From: Eledone cirrhosa
Lineage: Eukaryota
DNA: 64,000 bases
Assembly: GCA_964016885.1 (NCBI GenBank)
Contig: OZ024742.1
Location: 178,560,001-178,624,000 of the forward strand
Direction of reading: 5' to 3'
The notes beneath the pieces were generated by a model. The model had not been told where the DNA came from. It was given only the letters and a program-made list of their open reading frames with translations, and did no database searches. Within the stretch, counting starts at the first letter, position 1, and every line of letters begins with the position of its first letter. Positions 49,730 through 62,444 of the stretch are shown piece by piece. Made by a program: the position numbers and the translations under genes.

Positions 49730-51163
49730 ATTGTGGCAAGGCTGCTGGAGAGGATAAAATTCGGTGAGATGTTAAAAGCTTTAAATAGAAAAGGTATTCT
49801 CTGCTGACTCATGTGTGCTGGGTGGCCTAGATATCTGGAAAAAGCCCCTAAGCAATGGCAATCGGGAATGATAACCCCAATTTTCAAAAAGGGAGAAAAA
49901 GAGATTGTTCCAATTATAAAGGGGAGGGGGGTCTCCTTGTTAAGCCTACCCGGTAAAGTCTATGCTAAGAGATGAAGGGAGATTGTAAAGTTTAAGTTAA
50001 CTGATGAAGAGTGTGATTTTCGCTCCGGACACAACAACACAACCGACCAAATATTCACATTGTTGCGGGTCTTTGAGAAATCGTGGGAGTACTGCAAGGA
50101 GGTGTATATTCTTGCTCTGTAGACCTCGAAAAGGTATATGACTGCGTTCCGAGGGTCCTGTTGTGAAAGACTCCGCAGTAGCACGGGATCGATGATCAGC
50201 TTTTTGTTGCCCTGATGTCTCTATACGAATGTGCGAGTATTTGTGTTCGGATAAACGGTGCTAAATCGAAACCATTCAATGTGGGGGTCGGACTCCACTA
50301 AGAGTTAGTACTGTCACCTCTCCTGTTCATTATTTTCATGAACAGGATTGACATGCACAGCCAGGTTCGAAATGGTATCGTGACATAGGTGATCTCCTAC
50401 TTGCACTTGATAGATTTGATGCCCGAATGCTGAATGGATGGAATGAATATCAGTGCAGCGAAAACTGAGACGCTCGTCCTCTCAAGAAAGCTTGAGCACT
50501 ACACTCTACATGTGAAAGGAGTTCCACTGAAGCAAGTAGAGACGTTCAAGTATCTCGGGGCCGTGTTCCCGAGTGATGGAAAGCAGGAGGCTGAATTAAG
50601 TGCAAGAACTGTGGGAGTTGATGCAGTAATGTGCCAGCTTCAGCATTCGGTATTCAGAAGAAGAGAGGTAGGTGTAAAAGCCAAACACATTATCTTCAAT
50701 TCAGTATACGTGCCAACCCTTACCTATGGTCATGCATCTTGGATAATGACCGAAAGAATATGATCGCGAATACAAGCGGCCGAAATGGGATTCCGCCGAA
50801 GGGTGTTTGGAGTAACGTTATTCGATAAAGTGCGTAGCTCGGAGATCAGAGTCACTGCAGGTAGAGATACTACTTCTCTGAATTGAGAGATCACAGCTCC
50901 GATACTATGGGCATGTGGTTAGAATGTCTCAGGAAGGAATCAATGGACAAATTTTAACGGCAAAACCAACCGACACGAGACATAGGAGTAAACCCCGAGC
51001 AGGATGTTTAGATACTATCCATGAGCTTGGCTGGTTTCGCTTGGGGATCTTGCCGGATCAGTTGGAAACGGTTGCTTCTGACAGGAACCGCTGGAAGGAG
51101 TGTTTGCAGACTTTGTCAACACGACCCTTTCAGGAATATGTTGGCGAATAATAATAACAATAA
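49730..51163 (+). mobile_element. Degenerate RTE LINE (RT and C-terminus), (TAA)n tail
   Basis: Fragments LSPLLFIIFM, VETFKYLG, YVPTLTYGHASW, SQLRYYGHVVRM, SDRNRW, with many lesions. Confidence 0.82.
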
Positions 51164-51612
51164 TTGTTTCTACTTTTCGCACAAGGCCAGCAATTACCCC
51201 AGTGCATTACTGGTACTTTATTTTATTGACCTCGTAAGGATGACAGGCAAAGTTAACCTCGGCGTGATTTGAACTCAGAACGCATATGGCCATAACTCTA
51301 TGCTGCAAAGGATGGTGTCTGACGCGCTACCGATAGTGCCAAACCACTGCATCGTATCTTTGTTACAGCAAATCTCGTTGCTTGGCCATTCATTTCAACT
51401 GAACGAGTTTTGTGTCCTTGTGACATAACTGTTTCTACGTTAGGCACAAGGCCAGCAATTACCCAGTGCATTACTGGTACTTTATTTTATCGACCCCGTA
51501 AGGATGAAAGGCAAAGTTAACCTTGGCGGGATTTGAACTCAGAATGGCAAGGGCCGTAACTCTATACGTCAAAGCATGGCGTCCGACCCTCTACCAATAT
51601 TGCCAATCTACC
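51160..51612 (-). mobile_element. Two SINE family A copies, minus orientation
   Basis: ctggtactttattttat(c/t)gacc..gtaaggatga..ggcaaagttaacc at about 51210 and 51474. Confidence 0.82.
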
Positions 51613-51676
51613 ATAACGTGGACGACATAGCATTGATGTTTACCGTCTAAGAAGGCATTAAAGATTGTTGATGCCG

Positions 51677-51722
<46 letters not shown>

Positions 51723-51990
51723 CTAGTCCCAGAGAAACTATCTATGAGAAAGGTTCCAACCGTGACTATCCCTTCTTTTGATTTCTTGGACATGGTGCAT
51801 CCAGGTCCACATCCAATATATTGTTATTTGCCAGTGGTACAGTGTGAGGTAGATTTTGCTGCTACTTCCAACAACTGGAGGGACCATGTAGAGGCTTCCT
51901 CGTTGGCTATTTTGACAGCTGACATGTCAGGAGCGAGGGGTTTCCTATAAGCATCTTAATCTACTTAGTCAATTAACTAAAACTTCCTTC

Positions 51991-52044
<54 letters not shown>

Positions 52045-53108
52045 AAGAAGAAGAAGAAGAAGAAGAAGAGCAGCAGCAGCAACAACAAAGACAACAACAA
52101 AGACAACATCGACTATACCAATAAGACCATCATCATCATTAACAACAACAACAACAACAACGACATAACAACAATAACAACGACATAACAACAATAACAA
52201 CGACATAACAACAATAACAACGCCATCAACAACGACAAGAACTACTCCAATCGCAAGAATAACAATATCAACAACAATAACAACCACAATAACAGTAACA
52301 TCAGTGATGACATCAACGACAACAACATCATGAATGACAACAACAATAACAACACCAACCACAACAATAACACCAACGATGACAACAACAACAACAACAG
52401 CAACATCAATAGCGACAACATCAACTCTAACAATGACAACAGCAACCACAACAACAACAACAACGACAAGAATGACCACGACAACGGCGATAACAACAAC
52501 TGCAACAACAACAGCAGCAGCAACAACAGAAACAACAACAAAATCAACAACATCAACATCTAAAATAACAACACCAACCACAACAATAACAACAACCACG
52601 ACGACATCATCGTCATCATCAACAACAACAAAACCAACAACAACAGAAACAACGACGCTGACAACACGACAACAGCAACAACGACAACGACGACGACAAC
52701 AACAACAACGACAACAACAACGACGACAACAACAACAACAACGACGACGACAACAACAACAACGACGACAAAAACAACGACAACAACAAAAGCAACAACG
52801 ACAACAACAACGACAACAAAAGCAACAACGACGAGGACGACAACAACAACGACGACAACAACAAAAGCAACAACAACAAGAACGACGACGACAACAACAA
52901 CAACGACAACAACAAGAACAACGACGACAACAACAACGACAACAACAAGAACAACGACGACAACAACAACGACGACAACAACAATAACAACGACGACAAC
53001 AACAACAACAACAACAACGACGACGACAACAGCAACAGCAAGAACAACAGCACCAACAACAACGACGACAACAACAACGACGACGACAACAGCACCAACA
53101 ACAACAAC
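51991..53108. repeat. Compound trinucleotide low-complexity tract (AGT)n-(AGA)n-(GCA)n-(CAA/CGA)n
   Basis: Directly visible. It explains the poly-T/Q/V/L/C ORFs. Confidence 0.92.
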
Positions 53109-53274
53109 TCTGGGCATCTGTCAAGACTGGTGCCATGATTCAAATTTGATCGGATTATAAAGAGATTGAAAAGCAGCCGTTGAAATGCCGCCATGTTGGT
53201 GGGCCGATTTAGAGCTAGTTGGTGGCAATTGTCACCGAAAGGGAGGGGTTGAGGGTGAGTGGGGGTGGAGGTGT

Positions 53275-53318
53275 ATGAAGAAGAAGAAGAAGAAGAAGAG
53301 AGAGAGATAAATAGATAG

Positions 53319-53396
<78 letters not shown>

Positions 53397-53444
53397 ATAG
53401 ATGGATAGATAGATAGATAGAGAAAGAGAGAGTGAAATAAATAG

Positions 53445-53481
<37 letters not shown>

Positions 53482-53483
53482 TG

Positions 53484-53524
<41 letters not shown>

Positions 53525-53657
53525 AGAGAAAGAGAGAGTGAAATAAATAGATAGATAGAGAGAGAAAGAGAAAGAGAGAGAGAGGGGCAGCAAAATAAAT
53601 AAATAAATTAATAAATACATAGATAGATATATAGAGAGCGAAATAGATAGATTGATA

Positions 53658-53698
<41 letters not shown>

Positions 53699-53730
53699 AT
53701 AGATAGTTAAGGAGAGATAAAGAGAGAGGG
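53275..53730. repeat. (GAA)n, (GA)n and (GATA)n microsatellite cluster
   Basis: Directly visible. Confidence 0.92.
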
Positions 53731-54156
53731 GTGGATGAGGGGCGCAAGCACTCAGGAGAGAACGATCTCCCACTTACGTCAGAGAGAAAGAGAGATTGTG
53801 AGAGGGAAAGTGACAAGTGCCTGAGTGTATCGGATAAGTGAAACAGCTTAATAAATTTCCACTTAAACACATACAAACAGCTACTGGAGGTCTCGAGTAG
53901 TGGCAGGGGCGGCGGTCACTGTAAGTGTTGCTGGAGGTGAAAGTGGCGAAAGAGAGAGAGAGAGAGGAGGAGGAGACAAGAGCAAATGATAACGGAGAAG
54001 GAGGGGAGGACAAAACGCTTCCGTTGTTTGGCTTTTTCCCTTATGTGTGTAAATAGTCAAGGAGGAGTTAACTCCCATGTCAAACAAGCTGATTAGCTAC
54101 CTTCTAAGGAGGGAGGGAGGACGGAACCTTGTTTTAACATACATACACGCATCCGT

Positions 54157-54224
<68 letters not shown>

Positions 54225-54832
54225 CTATGTGTGTGTGTGTATAGATGTCCATACATACAAGGAAATATACATACATACGCATATTCTATACACACATAAA
54301 TGCATACATCCATACATATATATGTACATACATTCGTATATATGCATACATACGTATATAGATCTATACGTACATAAATACATAAATAATTGCTTACATA
54401 CATATGTAGATACACACATACATATATATGTGTATGAGTGTACATGGTGGATGTAAGTATACACACATATATATATGTTGCTGAGTCGTTAAAGAATTAA
54501 ATTCGCAATTGTGAGATTGTGAGTTCGATTCCCGGACCAGGCGAAGCGTTATGTCCTTGGGCAAGACACTTTATTTTACGTTGCTCCTTCTACCTGGAGT
54601 TGTGGCTGATAGTATGAGCAATTGAAAGACCAATGGAAACATTGTTTCCTCGGTTCGATTTGATGAAAGTCGATCGACTGTAGATATATATTACTTACAT
54701 ATACGATATTAAATAAATGGAAACTATATTTATAAAACCATATTTATTTCATTATATATATTTCAGGGATATCATATTAATATATATATATATAATATAT
54801 ATATATATAATATATATATATATATAATATAT

Positions 54833-54866
<34 letters not shown>

Positions 54867-54884
54867 ATATATATATATATAATA

Positions 54885-57268
54885 TAAGATCAAAAGATGG
54901 TTAAAAGAGTTCCAAGTATTTTATTATGCGCATTTCAAAAACAAATATCATCATGGGATGATATTTGCGTTCTCATCAGATAAAATAGGGAGACATGATA
55001 TGACGCTTAAAAAACACTTGCGAGCAGTGAAGTGTTAAATGAACATATGAAAAATAAAGTAAGATGGATATATGAGATTGGAAAAAAAAGAGGGGGGGGG
55101 GGGTAGGAAAAGGTAAGGAAGAGGAAGAAAGAAAATAAAGGATGACGGAGGAGGAGTATAAGAAGGAAGGATGAGAGAGGAGGAGAAATGAGTGATAGAG
55201 AGAGAGATAGCCTTTACAACTGAGAAAACATTGTCTTACAGAGAGAAATTAAAAAACCGTTGAAAGATAGTAGATATTTTAAAAGATTTTGAAATTAAAA
55301 GTTAATGAGGTTTATGAATGGTGATGTTTATGATTAAAGCAAAAGGAATTAAGAATAGTATTTATTTAAGGTTTATATATTGAAGGGTTTAATAATATGT
55401 ACGAAAAAAAGAATTTATTAATATGTATTATTAAAATAAAAATATTAAGGATATTAAGGATATAATGTGAAAGAATTATTAAATGAATTGTGAACTTAGA
55501 GGAATTAGTTAGGGTTTAAGTTTGTTTTTATGTATTGTAATATGTAAAATAAATAATAGGTTTAATACGAGCACGGAATGAGAGAAGAAAGAAGAAAATT
55601 TAAGGAAGAAAAAATATATAACATCAAAAAGTATATATGTTTACAAAATTTACTAATGGTAATATTATATATTAAAAATATATAGTTAGTATGGTCAAGA
55701 ATATAAGGAAAAATGGAAAATGCTAGTGTGAGTAATAATATGAATTAAGAAGTAATTGAGAAGTAAAAGTTACAGATTAAAGATTAGAAATTAAAAAAGA
55801 AAAAAGGAAGAAAGGAAAAAGGATAAAAAGAAGAAAGATAGGGGACCGCTAACGACATAGAATGAGTAAATTGTATAATATAATATACTGAAATAAGGTA
55901 GAAAGATGGGTATATTTGTAAAAGATATAAAAGCATTTGAGAAAAGAAGATTTTAAACTAATTAGGTATTGAGATATTAGCTGTATACTTTATGGAAAGT
56001 TCTACGGGATTTATGCAAGCAGAGCGAAAATAAATCCGTACGTCTATTTATTATACCATTAGATATAATGGTAAATTTCTCGGCTAGGCAGAGATTACAT
56101 GTTCTGGATAGGGAAGAATTTCGGTAAGGAAAGGCGTTGCAAACCTTCCTCCAAGAGATGTTATAGTTAATATTTTTGTCTTTTAAGGACCATATGAGTT
56201 CCGAGAGTGCCGTGTTAGTTCTTTTAAGTTGGTATTTAAAAGACGAATTGTGATTATAAAATCTTGCTTTAAAGGAAGTGGAAGTGTAACCGAAATAGGT
56301 AAAAGAATTAGTACCAGTTATAACCTTACATTCATTATCAAGACATTGGTTATTAAGAGGACATTTAGTTCTAACAGAGCAATTACAATTACGATTAGAG
56401 AAATTAACAGAGTTATTAACAAGTGACCTAGTATTATTTATAGAAGGAATTGGATTGGAGAAGTTATTTACGATAGGAACTATAGTTTCCTGATTTAGAT
56501 TGGTGTTATGAACATTCAACGAAGTTACGTTTGATGTCGTATTTAAATTTACTGAATCTAGCCTAGAGTTAACATTGGCGTCGGGTTTACTATTGCTATT
56601 ATTATGACGCTCAGTGTTGGATGGATATAATTTATTATTTAATATTTTATTATTGTGTTTAGAGATAATGTTAGAGATGTTGGAAGTGGTGGAATAAGAG
56701 AATTTGATTGTATGTTTGTTAAAGATCTTACTATAGATATGCGAGGGAGGGAAGCATTTATCTAAGGCCCTAAAGAATAGTTTAGGAATATTACTAGTAA
56801 TAGATAGAGAAAAAGGAGCATTATACCAAATCATATTTTTGTATCTAGGTCTTTTATTTAAGTTATTGGAATGTTCATAATTAACTATTTTACTATAAGT
56901 CCTTCGATGATTTGTTTCTTTACTGTATTTAATTTTATCAGGATAACCGGCTTTGGAAAGCGCATTATTATAGTAATTGGCATTAGCGTCGAAGATAACT
57001 TTATTAGAGGATAGATTTGAGATTCGTTTTTCAATATTACTGACTATAGCATTTTTAACGTTAGTAGGGTGGTTAGATTTAAAATTAAGATAATTTAGAT
57101 TTTCATTGTCTTTATGGTAAGGGTAATATAGGCCAGTGTCAAGATTAAGGGATATATCTTAGGAAGTTAGCTAGTTTGATGTTGTTATCAAATTCAATTT
57201 TAAGGTTATGGTGCTTAAATAGATCAAGTATATTGTTCTTAATAATATTAAGGTTAACTAAGTTACAG
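54885..57268 (-). mobile_element. Penelope-like element 1 (RT thumb + GIY-YIG endonuclease + long AT-rich 3' region), 5'-truncated
   Basis: ORF 55977-56834: IWYNAPFS, KFSYSTT, CNC..KCPLNNQCL, YFGYTSTSFKARFYNH, TALSELIW, CNLCLAEK. Upstream YYPYH..SNHPT. Confidence 0.88.
54917..54987 (-). ncRNA. Type I hammerhead ribozyme at the 3' end of Penelope element 1
   Basis: Reverse complement reads TATTTTAT-CTGATGA-GAACGCAAATATCATC(CCAT)GATGATATTTGTTTTT-GAAA-TGCGCA-TA-ATAAAATA. Confidence 0.85.
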
Positions 57269-57330
57269 TATATATATATATATAAATGAAAATATAGAAA
57301 TTAATGTGAGCAAGAAGCCAACAGTATTTC

Positions 57331-57392
<62 letters not shown>

Positions 57393-58265
57393 CACACATA
57401 CGTGTACTAAAACCGTTAACAATGACTGTAAGTATTGTACTTAAGTATAGTAATAAATTACAACATCAAATTTGTTGTTGCAAGTATCATGTTCATTCCA
57501 TGAAAGTAGTTCTGTCTTTATATTATAGTCGAGTTACTACACAGCGCCATCTTTCTCTAGAGGCTATGGAGTGTCCAACAGACGGTAAAAAACAAAACAA
57601 AAACAAAATAAAAAAAACTGTTGTATTCGAAAATCTGTACGAGTTCCAATCTCATTGAAATTGCAGAAATGGACTGTTTCAATCATACTTCATCTGCTTA
57701 TCACCCCGGATATTACTTCGGAAAACTAGTTCACGTCATGTACTTGTTTAATCGAGTTGAGAGTCACCATTGCAGACCTGTCAACTCTACCCACTTTGGG
57801 GTGGGTGAGAGATGTCTTCTCTTGTGAAAATGGTTATAGCTTTCATTTTGCAAAATCTCCCAATTTTTTCCTAATTTCTCGCCGATTTTGGACACTTTTT
57901 TTCATGGTACTCCCCATTTGGGTTTTCAGAGGTTGGCAGGTCTGTCATTTTGTAAACAATAGAGTTAAAAGTTTGTTAAACTTGGAGAATCACCAGACCG
58001 GGGCTTATCTCGGTTTACTTGGCGTTAAGCGACTGAGAGTACAAGACTCCCTCCTCCCTAAGACACTACGCTGGTCCATCGCAGGGTTAACTCTCCACTT
58101 ACTCTGGGACTCATTTTCAGCTGAGTATACTGGAGCAACGAGAAATGAAGCGTTTTGCCCAAGAACACAACACCCTGTCTCACGACATTAGAAGCGCACG
58201 CCCTACATTCTAACAGCTAGGACATGCACCTTCACACAGAATATACATCGTAGCATTAAATTATA

Positions 58266-58655
58266 TCTTCTTCTTCTTCTTCTTCTTCTTCTTCTTCTTC
58301 TTCTTCTTCTTCTTCTTCTTCTTCTTCTTCTTCTTCTTCTTCTTCTTCTTCTTCTTCTTCTTCTTCTTCTTCTTCTTCTTCTTCTTCACCCACTTATTCC
58401 TGAGAGAGTCGTGGGGGAAGAGTCCTCAAACACTCCTTCCACCGGATCCTGTTAGAAAGAACCATCTCCAAATGATCCGGCCGAATCTCCAAGCGAGACC
58501 AGCCAAGCTCATGGATGTTACTCCACTATCTTGCTCGCGGTTTCCCCTGGATCCCATGCCGGTTGGTTTAGTCGGTAAAATCTGTCCAGCGATTCTTTCC
58601 TGAGACATTCTAACCACATGCTCATATCGGAGCTGCGATCTCTCAATTCGAAGAA
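58266..58655 (-). mobile_element. RTE 3' fragment whose tail has expanded to about 40 GAA repeats
   Basis: Minus ORF LRIERSQLRYEHVVRMSQER, same subfamily as 49730-51163. (CTT)n at 58266-58388. Confidence 0.8.
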
Positions 58656-59206
58656 CTATATAAACCACAAAATGAAATATGTTGCCTGTCATAAATGTAA
58701 TTGTTCTCTTTTCATACATCTACATACATTGATAGATGCATTACGAAACACACAACACATATATTTACACAAATACTAGAAGATAAGCGCGAGGAGGGCA
58801 ATATTTTTGCTACTTTCATATAATTCTCGATTTTAATTTTAAAAATCTCTACAACAATTAATATGAGGATAAACTAAATTTTTATGACATTGGATATTTT
58901 GATATGAGTTCATAAAAACAAGTAAGTTATCTTTCAGGTAGCCCTCATAGCTAATCGATTGTCTTCTGTTTCACCTGACTGATTGTAATCTTTTGTGATA
59001 TGGTCGATTATTGATGATTTTCACTCCCCACCACCTATAATGAATCTTCTCCACACATTACAACATTTTCTTCGCTCCGCTGCCGACTATAATAGCTGTG
59101 GTTATGGTTGTGGTTGGGACACTTTCTCAATACAGACCGTGCTTCACTGAACACAGTCTACCAACTAGACTGACTATGTATGTATGTATGTATGTATGTA
59201 TGTATG

Positions 59207-59323
59207 TCACCCTCCTCACCAAGCAAGCTTGGTGGAGTTGCCGGTTTAGTCACCGACGACCCGACCATGCGCAGGTCGTACCGGGTTACATGTTACCGGT
59301 AGCGCTGAATAGTAACGCTGGAG

Positions 59324-59392
<69 letters not shown>

Positions 59393-59803
59393 TATATATA
59401 TATTTCTTTTTTTGTGGAGCGAGAGACCCCTAGTCTTCATTAAGACATCTCTCTAGGAGAAAGTCATTCTGATATAAAACCTGTGACTTCGTTTGCATTC
59501 ATTGTGTAGACCAATTCGTATTTTGGGGCAAATGCATTCAATGTTCAGAGAGTGGGATTGGTACCGTGCAAAGCCTTTCCTCAGTTACAAAAAGGTTCAA
59601 GCACAGGCATCGTTTGATATTTGACACTTTTTGCGATGCATGGTATTGCTGGTCATCGGCAAGTCCCTAGCAGGACTAAACGTGACGTCCGTGATGCTCA
59701 TGCTTAAGTATCAAGCAATGGCATTACTCGAAATTCAGTTGCAGCCATCTTGTATGTATGTATGTATGTATGTATGTATGTATGTATGTATGTATGTATG
59801 TAT
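59207..59803 (+). mobile_element. Non-autonomous bipartite RTE-like element with a (TATG)n tail
   Basis: GC-rich structured head. Its 3' end (KSLAGL remnant...ttgcagccatc) aligns with 60205-60297. Flanked by (TATG)n on both sides. Confidence 0.6.
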
Positions 59804-60300
59804 GATTCAAGGATTGTGTAAAGAACTCATTGAAAAAAACTGGTTTCATGGTGGCTGACTGGGAGATAGAGGCTCTTGAAAGAGAAACTTCGCGTGGAAT
59901 GGTGAATGATGGGGTCCATAATTTTGAGGACAGACGCATAGAGCACGAGAAGATCAAACGGGATGTGCGTAAGCAATGCCCTGGTGTATCTCTCGAAACG
60001 ATCGGTATCTCCATTGGATTGAAGTGCCCTGAGTGTGAAAAAATGTGCTTGAGCAAATCTGGTCTCAGGAGCCACAGACGCAGCCATGTTCAAAGAGAAC
60101 CAGTGAACTATGATCTCCACGGTATTGTGAAGGTTCACAGGCAACTTAATACAAGACCTGAGGCCAGACAGATCCATAGTTGTCGTCAATGTGAGAAGGT
60201 GTACATGTCTGTAGCGGGCTTGAAAAGCCATATCCGAACGTCACACATCTGAATCTCACAAGCGATTGCAATACTCTCAGCAGAGTTTGCAGCCATCATG
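59804..60300 (+). mobile_element. RTE LINE 3' fragment encoding two C2H2 zinc fingers
   Basis: FKDCVKNSLKK..WEIEALERETSR..FEDRR (RTE C-terminus), then CPECEKMCLSKSGLRSHRRSH and CRQCEKVYMSVAGLKSHIRTSH. Confidence 0.78.
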
Positions 60301-60303
60301 CAT

Positions 60304-60397
<94 letters not shown>

Positions 60398-60403
60398 GCG
60401 CAT

Positions 60404-60519
<116 letters not shown>

Positions 60520-62441
60520 CAAAGGAATTGTGGTAAGGAACCAGATGGACCATAACGCACCAGAGTACTCAATACTTAGGGTAGTAGAGTGGTAAATAGG
60601 AAAAAGTATGACCCCGACGGCAGAGCTCAAGCCGTTTCGACGGCTATTTCTGAACTAAATTAGAATTTTTAGCCTGGTGAATAAATAGCCGAACTTTTCA
60701 AGGGGGTACTTCATTATATGGGAAGATAGTAGTTGTCAAGAGGATTGGTTAAAATTTATTGTAAAAACAAATAAGTCTATCATGGCATTTGGTGGGAGAT
60801 AGGGGTGGCTGAACTTGCCTATAGAACAATAGGGGAGTGAGTGGAGCGGTCAAACGTTGAAAGTGATATGTATACACCAGATTCTAAGGATAGTGTATGA
60901 AGTGGAGGAGGGAGGTTATAGAATAGGTAAATCGAATGAGAGTAGGAGATAATAAAAGATAATAGAAATAAATAAAAAATATATAAAATTAGATAGTGAG
61001 AAATGAATAAAAAAAAATCACAATGCTATCTTACAATTACAGGTTAATAAGTTGAGAATAGTAAAAACTTGTAGAAATTGAGTAGTACCAAAACTGATAC
61101 AAAAATAAAGGGGGTTTAACACGTCTGCTATAAGTAGTTAGTAAAACGTATTCAGCCAATTCTATCTTAAAATTACAGGGGTGGGGGAACTGATGCTACA
61201 GAGGCCCGATGGGCTGTATCGGGGTAGGCGAAGTGGAAAAGCAGACAAGGAAAAAAATAGGGGGTGGAAGGTAGTGATAGGATGAGACAGGGGGAAGAAG
61301 AAGACAAAGAGGAAAAGAAAAGAAAAGAGATACATCTACCTAAGTAAGCTGGGGTTTCCCCTAACTTATTCGGAAAGCAGGGGCGTATCAGCACTTGTCT
61401 ACCCACCCGGGTCGTTATATGGTTTGAGGGCGAGGTAAGTCCTACGCAATCTGTGTTTGCATGCGGTTACCAGTTCCTCTTTCTTGTTTAGGAGTTGGTC
61501 CTTCGAAAACAGCATTTGTAATGTTTCCTCCGAGAATAAGTTACACGGATGGCGTCCTCCCGTGTAAGAGTTAGCTTTGGACAGTAAGCTCCAAGTGAGA
61601 TTGTAGTTTATATATATCTTGGAGGTCCCAGATGTGGCCCGAAAGTGTAGTGGCATGTCGCCGGACCGGGTTTCGGAAAGTATGTCGGTGTTGGTAGAGC
61701 CGAGTCTTGAAGTCACACGCGGTTAATCCTATATAAGCTTTGTTGGAGGTGTCTGTCCTCGCGTTGCACTGGTAGATCACGTTACGTTCTCGGCATTTGT
61801 TGTTGAGGGGGCACGTAGATCTATCAGGGCAGTTGCACCTCCTGGTCGGCTCTCCACTGATGTCTAGGTTATTTCTTCCATACGGGTTGAGTTTTTTGTT
61901 GTTTGAGGAGACGATGTTTTGTGCGAAGTTAGGTGTGGTGCTGTAGGAGAGTTTAATGGTGTTTTTTGTTGATTATGTTGTGGTAGCGGTGTTGTAGTGG
62001 GAAGTGTTTTTCGAGGAGTCTAAAGAAGATTTTCCCGATAGGTGTTGTCACCTCGGCATTATGGGGGAGGATTGAACCACGTTACGTTGCGTGAGCGGCG
62101 GTGTCGCCTGCTGTATCCGCTAAGGGAAGCTGGATAAAAGGATATTTCCACCCCGAAGCCACTCCGCTTGAGGGCCTGGTTGTAATGAGGCGCGTGTTCG
62201 TCGAATATCTGCTCATTAGCGGAAAAACGAGATATGCGCAGGGAGATGTTTTTAACCAGGTTATTGGTGATGTTTCTAGGATGGTTAGAGCAGCGGTGGA
62301 TGTAGTGCAGGTTGTCGTTTGGTTTCCTGTATGGGTAGTACAGATCATTTTCGAGGTTAAGGGTAACGGCCATGAAATTGACTCGGGTTAGGGACGTTTG
62401 TAGGGTGATTTTAAATCCCCAGTCCCGGAAGAAGTTGATTA
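60520..62441 (-). mobile_element. Penelope-like element 2 (RT thumb + GIY-YIG), 5'-truncated and frameshifted
   Basis: YYPYRKPND..YIHRCSNHP, RSRNVTWFNPP, CNCPDRSTCPLNNKC, IYQC..YIGLTACDFKTRLYQH. Confidence 0.88.
60611..60707 (-). ncRNA. Hammerhead motif with mutated core at the 3' end of Penelope element 2
   Basis: Reverse complement reads ACCCC-C-TTGAAAA-GTTCGGCTATTT...AAATAGCCGTC-GAAA-CGGC(TTGAGCTCT)GCCG-TC-GGGGT. Confidence 0.65.
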
Positions 62442-62444
62442 GTT

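Noticed and set aside
51973-53773. Long Cys-, Thr/Gln-, Val- and Leu-rich ORFs (mucin- or keratin-associated-like)
   Set aside because: All frames are open because of CAA/CGA trinucleotide repeats. No domain or splice support.
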